Below the pieces are notes generated by a model, which worked only from the letters and a program-made list of their open reading frames with translations, did no database searches and was not told the DNA's origin. From an uncultured Anaerolineaceae bacterium (GTDB taxonomy: Bacteria > Chloroflexota > Anaerolineae > Anaerolineales > E44-bin32), in NCBI GenBank assembly GCA_964549025.1, contig CAZJUE010000001.1:1-59491 (forward strand): a DNA stretch of 59,491 nt, given 5' to 3'. Below are positions 39,098-45,056 of the stretch, one piece after another; within the stretch, counting starts at the first letter, position 1; each line of letters starts with the position of its first letter. Position numbers and translations under genes: made by a program.

Positions 39098-39972
39098 TGA
39101 CCGATAGCTGGATCACCAGCATTGCCCCGCAGCCAGAGCGATACAAGGGTGGGCTGCATAGTCTCCTGCCCTGTATTCAGCAGGGACGACTGCATTTCTG
39201 TCAGGTCCACTTCGTCTCGCACCGATTCGCCAAAGGCGCTCAAGGTCTGCGCCGCGTCGTAATCCGCGCGGAAGAATCTCCGATTCACCACCGTTTGTAT
39301 CCGCTGGCGCAGCGGATTGAAGAGCGCCGCGATCAGGCCAATGAGCAGAGCCGCCAGCTGCGCAACCGTCCCCGGAGAGGACTCCATGCTGGGCACCAGC
39401 TGCTCCAACAATGGATCAGCAAACGCGAGCAACGCCAAGGGAAATGCCAGGTAGCGGCCCCAGTCGGGGACGAAGCGGCCGTCTGGAAACAAGAAGATCA
39501 TCAGAATGATCAGCCCAGAGCCAATTGCGCTCAGCGTGTTGTAGAGCGGCGCCAGCGCCGGGGTCTGCTCCGACAAGATGGAGACGTTGTCCGAGATCCC
39601 GTTGATTCCAACCGCAATTAAGGCCATTGAAGCCAGCAATCCGATCCAGTCATCCGACCGGCGCAGATAGATCACTACCCCCAGGCCTGCCCAGGTGAGC
39701 AGCAGCAACTCGGAAGTGGGCAGGAAGCTGGCGTAGAAATCGTGAGAGACCCCCAGCTCTTCGAGCACCGCAAGTTCTTGAGCGGCGAGCTGGAAGGCAG
39801 TGCAATCGTCGCCGCTGCAGAGCTCCTGGTAGTTGGCGATGCTTACAGGACAGGCCGCGACAAAGACCGCGAAGTAGATCACTGCCAGGAGAATCCAAAG
39901 CAGGCGCGCTGACCCCAGCGCCAGCCCAGGCGGCCGCGCGCTCTCAGAGGGACTGGAGATCCAATTGCTCAA
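39094..39972 (-). CDS. Polytopic membrane protein, kinase-less sensor-like family (member 3, short)
   Basis: IYLRRSDDW, LFPDGRFVPDW and C-terminal FNPLRQRIQTVVNRRFFRADYDA...ETMQPTLVSLWLR. Lacks the QQTKW and YRLWDID middle section. TTG start overlaps the upstream stop. Confidence 0.62.
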   Translation of the reverse strand: MSNWISSPSESARPPGLALGSARLLWILLAVIYFAVFVAACPVSIANYQELCSGDDCTAFQLAAQELAVLEELGVSHDFYASFLPTSELLLLTWAGLGVVIYLRRSDDWIGLLASMALIAVGINGISDNVSILSEQTPALAPLYNTLSAIGSGLIILMIFLFPDGRFVPDWGRYLAFPLALLAFADPLLEQLVPSMESSPGTVAQLAALLIGLIAALFNPLRQRIQTVVNRRFFRADYDAAQTLSAFGESVRDEVDLTEMQSSLLNTGQETMQPTLVSLWLRGNAGDPAIGQ

Positions 39973-41273
39973 TGCAGCTGGTGTCCACTTCGCCGGTCCC
40001 TCAGCCAGATGGAAGTTTCGACCGGCTGGACGGTATCCTCAACCACGTCCAGCACTGCCTCGCTCACGTCTGCCAATCCGAAAGCCTGCTGTATCGTGCC
40101 TCCAAACTGCTTAAGGGCAAGATCGGCGTCGTATCGGGTCCGGTAGAAGCGCCGGTCGACCGCAGCCTGGATTCGTCGTCGAAGCGGATTGAAGAATGCG
40201 GCGACGATCAGGGTAGAGCTCACGATCGCCAGATTACTGGTACCCGCAGCTTCGGTTGGAACTATGTCTCCCAGCACGCCGCGAAAGATCTGTTCCAGCG
40301 CAAGGACGCTGATGGCGTAGATGCCGGCCAACAATACGGTCAGGGCTCCGTATCCGAGCGTCCGGCTGACCAGCCGATCGATGTCCCACAGGTGGTGGCG
40401 CGCCACCGAAACCCCGATGGCCAGCGGCATCAGCGCAAACGAGCCCAGGCTGACGGGTACGACCAGGAGTTCCCAGAACAGGCTGGGTATTCCGGGCGAG
40501 CGAAGCACCGGGAGGACGATGATTGGAAGCCACATCGCAGCCAGGGTGAGGGTCATGGCCGCGAACCCATAGACCACCCACTTGGTCTGCCGTCTCTGTG
40601 CCTGATCCCGGGTACCTCTCAGCCGTTGAAGCTGAGCCAGGGCTGCAGCGCCAAACCAGGCTATTAGCCCCAGAAACGGAATAAAGTCGTTGAGCTCCTT
40701 CAGGTCCGGTTTGCGGGTGGGTGGCGGCGCCACGATCCAGCTGAGCGCGAAGAGCAGCGAAACCACCGCAAAGCCCTTGGTCCAGCGCGGCACGAAACGA
40801 CCATCGGGAAACAGGCAGATCGAAATTACCACCGAGCTCCACGCCAACGCTCGGTGCACGAGCACCGGTATGTGCCAGGCTGGGTGCAGTTCGCGCAACG
40901 AGGTGGCGAAATCGCTCATGGACAATCCGAAGGCCAGCAGCGCAAACGAAACAAAGAGCACCATCCAGTCGTCCGATTTGCGTGCGAACAGCAATACACC
41001 GAAGGCCATCAGAGCCACCGCGAATACGACCTCAATCCCCATGATGTAGGAGGCCAGGAATCGCACCGAAAGCCCGAGCCGGTCGAGGGCTTCCGCATAA
41101 TCGGTCGCCAGGATCGAGCCGCTGTTTAGATCAGTCCAGCGCGCCGGCAGACCGATCAGAAAGATTGTCAGCGTCAGCGCGGCAGCAGCCAGCCAGCCGA
41201 GCCGCGCCCGGGTCAGTGCCGGTCGGCGAAGGTTGGTGATGGATGCTCGAGTGCGGGGGGCTTTATCGGCCAT
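39969..41273 (-). CDS. Polytopic membrane protein, kinase-less sensor-like family (member 2)
   Basis: LFARKSDDW, LFPDGRFVPRW, RRQTKWV, HHLWDIDRLVSRT and FNPLRRRIQAAVDRRFYRTRYDA...DTVQPVETSIWLR. Confidence 0.7.
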   Translation of the reverse strand: MADKAPRTRASITNLRRPALTRARLGWLAAAALTLTIFLIGLPARWTDLNSGSILATDYAEALDRLGLSVRFLASYIMGIEVVFAVALMAFGVLLFARKSDDWMVLFVSFALLAFGLSMSDFATSLRELHPAWHIPVLVHRALAWSSVVISICLFPDGRFVPRWTKGFAVVSLLFALSWIVAPPPTRKPDLKELNDFIPFLGLIAWFGAAALAQLQRLRGTRDQAQRRQTKWVVYGFAAMTLTLAAMWLPIIVLPVLRSPGIPSLFWELLVVPVSLGSFALMPLAIGVSVARHHLWDIDRLVSRTLGYGALTVLLAGIYAISVLALEQIFRGVLGDIVPTEAAGTSNLAIVSSTLIVAAFFNPLRRRIQAAVDRRFYRTRYDADLALKQFGGTIQQAFGLADVSEAVLDVVEDTVQPVETSIWLRDRRSGHQLH

Positions 41274-41283
41274 CGCGGTCCGC

Positions 41284-42570
41284 CTATTGCCGTGAGTCCG
41301 GACCGGACTGCTTCAGCCAGATCGAGCTCCGAACCGGCTGTACCGTCTCCTCCACCACTCCGAGCAGTACCTGGCTGAGCTCTTCCAGTTCGACCTCGTC
41401 GCGCACGGTGCCACTGAATCCCGCCAAGGCGCGCGAGGCATCGTAGCGCCGCCGGTAAAAGCGGCGGTCGATGACGTGCTGGATGCGGTTGCGCAATGGA
41501 TTGAAAACCGCCGCGATGCCAAGCGTAGTGGCTACGATGGCCAACTGGTCACCCTGGCCGGTCAGCAGCCGGAACAAGTTGGTGAGCAGCGCCACCCCGG
41601 CCAAGTACAGCACCGCCAGCGTGCCGGTGAGCGCGCCGTATACCAGGGTGCGGTTGATGATGACGTCGATATCCCACAGGCGATAGCGCAAGATGGCGAT
41701 CACGAAGGAGATGGGGAAGATCAGCGTCGCCAGGATGAATCCGGTCAGCCCGATCAGTCGGGCCGCCAGCGTGATGGCAAACAGCGAAGCCCCGACTCGC
41801 TGATAGAAGATGTTGGGAACGGTGAGCCCGCCCAGCTGAGGAAGGATTACGAATGGCAGGAAGTAGCCGAAGGGGCCCATCACCGCTAGCACCAGGCCCA
41901 AGATCGCCCATTTGGTCTGCTGTCGCTGGAGCGGGCTGGAAACTGATAAGTACCGGTGGAACTGAGCGTACAGCCCGGCGCCCGACCAGATCACCAGCAC
42001 CAGCAGCTGCAGCGGCACCGGCCAGGCGGCGACGCTGAGCGGGGATTCGGGGAGGAAGATGGCGAAGGCCATGATCAGTCCCCAGGACCCCACCATGCCG
42101 GCGGTCCAGCGCGGCACGAAACGGCCGTCGGGGAACAGGTAAAGCAAGCTGAGGCCAGAAACCAATCCGATATAGGTTACACAGCGCACCAGGAACAGCC
42201 AGACCGGCAGCACCTCCCCGGCCGGATACATCAGCGACAGCGGGATCCAGGCGCCATTGCTGACCAGCGCCAGCGCCAAAGCCAGCGCCATCCACTCGTC
42301 TGATCGTCGCAAGAAGACGACCACGCCGATCACCAGGTGGAAGGTCACCATCAACAGGTACAACGCCGTCAGATAGGCGCCGTACCCTTCCGGCGTTAGA
42401 CCCAGGTCCTCCACCGAGCGCAGGTCAACCCCGGTCGACAGCCGCCGGAAGAGGCCGGGAATGCCAAAAGCCACCAATCCAACGATTAGCAGCGTCAGCC
42501 CGATCCACAACACGCGGGCCGCGCGCCGCAAGGCTACGGTGTTTTGCTGGTGCAGTGGCTCGGCAGTCAA
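41284..42570 (-). CDS. Polytopic membrane protein, kinase-less sensor-like family (member 1)
   Basis: VFLRRSDEW, LFPDGRFVPRW, QRQQTKW, ILRYRLWDIDVIINRT and FNPLRNRIQHVIDRRFYRRRYDA...ETVQPVRSSIWLK. Confidence 0.7.
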   Translation of the reverse strand: MTAEPLHQQNTVALRRAARVLWIGLTLLIVGLVAFGIPGLFRRLSTGVDLRSVEDLGLTPEGYGAYLTALYLLMVTFHLVIGVVVFLRRSDEWMALALALALVSNGAWIPLSLMYPAGEVLPVWLFLVRCVTYIGLVSGLSLLYLFPDGRFVPRWTAGMVGSWGLIMAFAIFLPESPLSVAAWPVPLQLLVLVIWSGAGLYAQFHRYLSVSSPLQRQQTKWAILGLVLAVMGPFGYFLPFVILPQLGGLTVPNIFYQRVGASLFAITLAARLIGLTGFILATLIFPISFVIAILRYRLWDIDVIINRTLVYGALTGTLAVLYLAGVALLTNLFRLLTGQGDQLAIVATTLGIAAVFNPLRNRIQHVIDRRFYRRRYDASRALAGFSGTVRDEVELEELSQVLLGVVEETVQPVRSSIWLKQSGPDSRQ

Positions 42571-42587
42571 ATCAGATCCCCGATCGG

Positions 42588-43451
42588 CTATTGCAGAGTC
42601 TGCAAGTACATCCAGACGGCAGCCAGCTCATCGTCGGTCATTTCGCCCACCAGCTTCCAGGGCATCAGGCGCGGGTCAAGATCCTCTCCTCGCGGAGTCT
42701 CCCCGGTGCGCAACGCGTGGACGAAATCGGACTGGCTCCAATCTGCCAGATCGCCGCTCTGGGTGAGGTCCAGGCCAGCCCCGGCAGTCGGACCACCACG
42801 CAAGTCGGCACCGTGGCAGATAGCGCAGGCTGTGGCGAGATACTCCCCGTACTCGACGGTAGCGCCGGGTTGTGGCGCGGTCGGGCGCTCGGCGGCGTGA
42901 TCGATGGTCTCAGCCGGGATCAACGAATCGTCGGTGAGCAAAGTGAGGTAAGTCAGCAATCCCAGATTCCTCTCTGGCAGCTGATTGGCGACCGGCGGCA
43001 AGCTCTTGAGGTAGGCGATGATCGCTCCGAGATCACTGTCGCTGATGTAGTAGTAGGAGTTGGAGGGCATCACGATCAGCGGCCGTTCCTCGGGATCCAG
43101 GCCATGTCGGATGGCACGGACCCAGTCCAGGTCGCTGAAAGAGGAACCAACCCCGCCAGCGCCGGAGGTGAGGTTCTTGGCCGAAACCTGTCCGCTAAGC
43201 GGATCATCCAGATATAGCTCACCCTGCAGTTGATCGCCGTGGCACAGCCGGCAGAAGAAGACCGAGCTGACCAGGTGCTGACCGCGCTCGATCGCGGCCT
43301 GGTCGGTTGGAACCGTGATCGGCTCGACCGAAACGGAATGGCGAAGCTCGAGCCGTTGCTCAACGTCGTTCCGGATCACCGTGGTGGCCAGCAGCAGCAG
43401 CGCGGCGGCCGCTACGGCAAGAATCAGCAAATAGCGAAGCAGCCTGCGCAC
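42588..43451 (-). CDS. Dihaem c-type cytochrome with N-terminal membrane anchor
   Basis: Two CxxCH motifs (CRLCHG, CAICHG), each followed by a candidate Met ligand (VMPS, LMPW) and an AYL/MYL..L tail. N-terminal hydrophobic anchor. Confidence 0.85.
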   Translation of the reverse strand: MRRLLRYLLILAVAAAALLLLATTVIRNDVEQRLELRHSVSVEPITVPTDQAAIERGQHLVSSVFFCRLCHGDQLQGELYLDDPLSGQVSAKNLTSGAGGVGSSFSDLDWVRAIRHGLDPEERPLIVMPSNSYYYISDSDLGAIIAYLKSLPPVANQLPERNLGLLTYLTLLTDDSLIPAETIDHAAERPTAPQPGATVEYGEYLATACAICHGADLRGGPTAGAGLDLTQSGDLADWSQSDFVHALRTGETPRGEDLDPRLMPWKLVGEMTDDELAAVWMYLQTLQ

Positions 43452-43455
43452 TCGG

Positions 43456-43878
43456 CTAGGCCTCAGCCTGGCCGGTCAGCCCGGCGGCCTGAGTGCTTTC
43501 TTGCGGTTGCTCCAGCAGCAGCTCGCGCGCTCGTTTGGCGTGCAGGTAGGACACGTAGGTCAAGATGGAAGCGTTCAGCGGGTGCAAGGCTGCCAGGTAG
43601 GGCAGCTCATCCCGCAACCCGGGCAGCACGGTCTGCACGATGTGTAAAACCAGCACTGCCACCAACCAGCCCACCAGCCTGCGGGGGATCCAGCGCAGCA
43701 ATCCCAGCACGATCAGCACCAGTCCTGGCAGCTCGGAAGACCAGCCGAACTCCGTGTGGGTCTGCCACAGGCTGTTCCGAACAAACAGGGACATGCCGGC
43801 CATCACGATGGTGGCCAGCAGCCAGATCACCATCAGCCAGGCAAACCCAATGTAAAGGTAGCTCAAAATCCTGCGCAT
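43456..43878 (-). CDS. Small integral membrane protein (4 TM), unknown function
   Basis: 140 aa with four hydrophobic segments and a conserved-looking LHPLNA. Lies 4 nt upstream of the cytochrome c gene. Possibly DUF6220-like (memory only). Confidence 0.55.
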   Translation of the reverse strand: MRRILSYLYIGFAWLMVIWLLATIVMAGMSLFVRNSLWQTHTEFGWSSELPGLVLIVLGLLRWIPRRLVGWLVAVLVLHIVQTVLPGLRDELPYLAALHPLNASILTYVSYLHAKRARELLLEQPQESTQAAGLTGQAEA

Positions 43879-43946
43879 CGTTCATTCCTCCCAAGGCCCT
43901 TTGCGGGAGCCTCTGCATTCTAAACCGCTGATTCAGGCGGAGGCGT

Positions 43947-44435
43947 TCAGAACGGCTTGAACATCATCAGCCATAAGATCACCAGCGTGCCGCCAAACCC
44001 CAGAACTGCCAGCTGAACCGGCCGCAAGGAGGCCTTGACGGCCAGGATCTCTGGCTCGCTGGCCGGTTCCAGTGCCGGCTGATCGCCGGAGCCCTCGAAG
44101 TACGGCAGCCCGATTACCTTCCGTAGCTTGTGGTAGTGCGCCCGACTCGACCATCCCATGTAAATGCTCATTCCGATCAAGATTAGCAGCGAAGTCCAGA
44201 TCCAGCCCTGGCCCCACCAGTGACCCATGAAGCCGCCGACTACCCCGCCGACCAGCAGCAGCAGCAATGACAGTGCGAACATTGGCCAGCTGTAACTGGA
44301 AAGCTCGAGCAACGCTCGCACTCGATCGAGACTGCGCTCCCGCTGGATTTGAAAAGTCATGACAGTGGTGCCGCCATGAGCCAGCATAAAGCTCATGACG
44401 CCCAGCACATGCAGAAAGATAACCCACCGATACAT
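43947..44435 (-). CDS. DUF2269-like integral membrane protein, paralog 2
   Basis: 163 aa, 4 TM. ATG 44435 (MYRWVIFLHV) chosen because the longer ORF to 44726 overlaps the upstream paralog. C-terminus ILWLMMFKPF is identical to the paralog. Confidence 0.6.
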   Translation of the reverse strand: MYRWVIFLHVLGVMSFMLAHGGTTVMTFQIQRERSLDRVRALLELSSYSWPMFALSLLLLLVGGVVGGFMGHWWGQGWIWTSLLILIGMSIYMGWSSRAHYHKLRKVIGLPYFEGSGDQPALEPASEPEILAVKASLRPVQLAVLGFGGTLVILWLMMFKPF

Positions 44436-44449
44436 CACCACTCTCCCAT

Positions 44450-44944
44450 TTAGAACGGTTTGAACATCATCAACCACAGGATTGCTGCCAGGCCCACTAC
44501 GCCGATACCCGTGAGCAATACCGGACGCAGCCTGGCCTGTAGCGTGGCAACTTCCTCCGGCGACGCAGCTACCGATTTGCGGTCTTCCTTCTTCTGCGGC
44601 GCTTCGTATGCGTCTGGATCCAGCGCGTGGGCGACCCGCATGTTGCCCATTCGACCGATCACCGACATCAGTACTCCCACCACCACAAAGAGGCCGAGCG
44701 ATAGCCAGACCCAGCGCTCTTCCCACCAGCTGCCCATGAAGCTCAGCATGATACCGCTGATCAGTAGAGTGAGAATCGGCACGCCCATGCCACGCTCGCC
44801 GACCTCCCGGACCGCCAGAATCGCCCGGACCCGTTGCGGATTTTGCTCACGCTTCAGCCCGAACATTGCGCTGGCCGTAGCGCCGTGCACCAAAAAAAAG
44901 GCGATCGCGCTGGCAACATGAACGTACAAGATGAGTTGATACAC
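44450..44944 (-). CDS. DUF2269-like integral membrane protein, paralog 1
   Basis: 164 aa, 4 TM. GTG start is preceded by AAGGGAG. C-terminus ILWLMMFKPF. Confidence 0.6.
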   Translation of the reverse strand: MYQLILYVHVASAIAFFLVHGATASAMFGLKREQNPQRVRAILAVREVGERGMGVPILTLLISGIMLSFMGSWWEERWVWLSLGLFVVVGVLMSVIGRMGNMRVAHALDPDAYEAPQKKEDRKSVAASPEEVATLQARLRPVLLTGIGVVGLAAILWLMMFKPF

Positions 44945-44984
44945 AAGCGTCTCCCTTTCGGCGTCCTAATCTATTTCAGCTGCC

Positions 44985-45024
44985 GTCCCAAAAGCGTTAC
45001 GGCCAGCTCAACCGGAACGCTTTC
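44985..45024 (-). promoter_or_regulatory. ECF-like promoter candidate (GAAAGC-N17-CGTAACGCTTTTGGGAC), copy 2
   Basis: The minus strand reads GAAAGC (45024-45019), 17 nt, then CGTAAC (45001-44996). The core matches copy 1 at 18 of 19 positions. It also forms the inverted repeat AAAGCGTT-N17-AACGCTTT (44991-45023). Confidence 0.4.
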
Positions 45025-45056
45025 GTTATGCACAAGCAGTACAATCGCGTGCAGAG

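Noticed and set aside
44436-44726. N-terminal extension of ORF 43947-44726.
   Set aside because: It overlaps the upstream paralog (44450-44944) and has no membrane-protein character. The internal ATG 44435 gives a protein collinear with its paralog.
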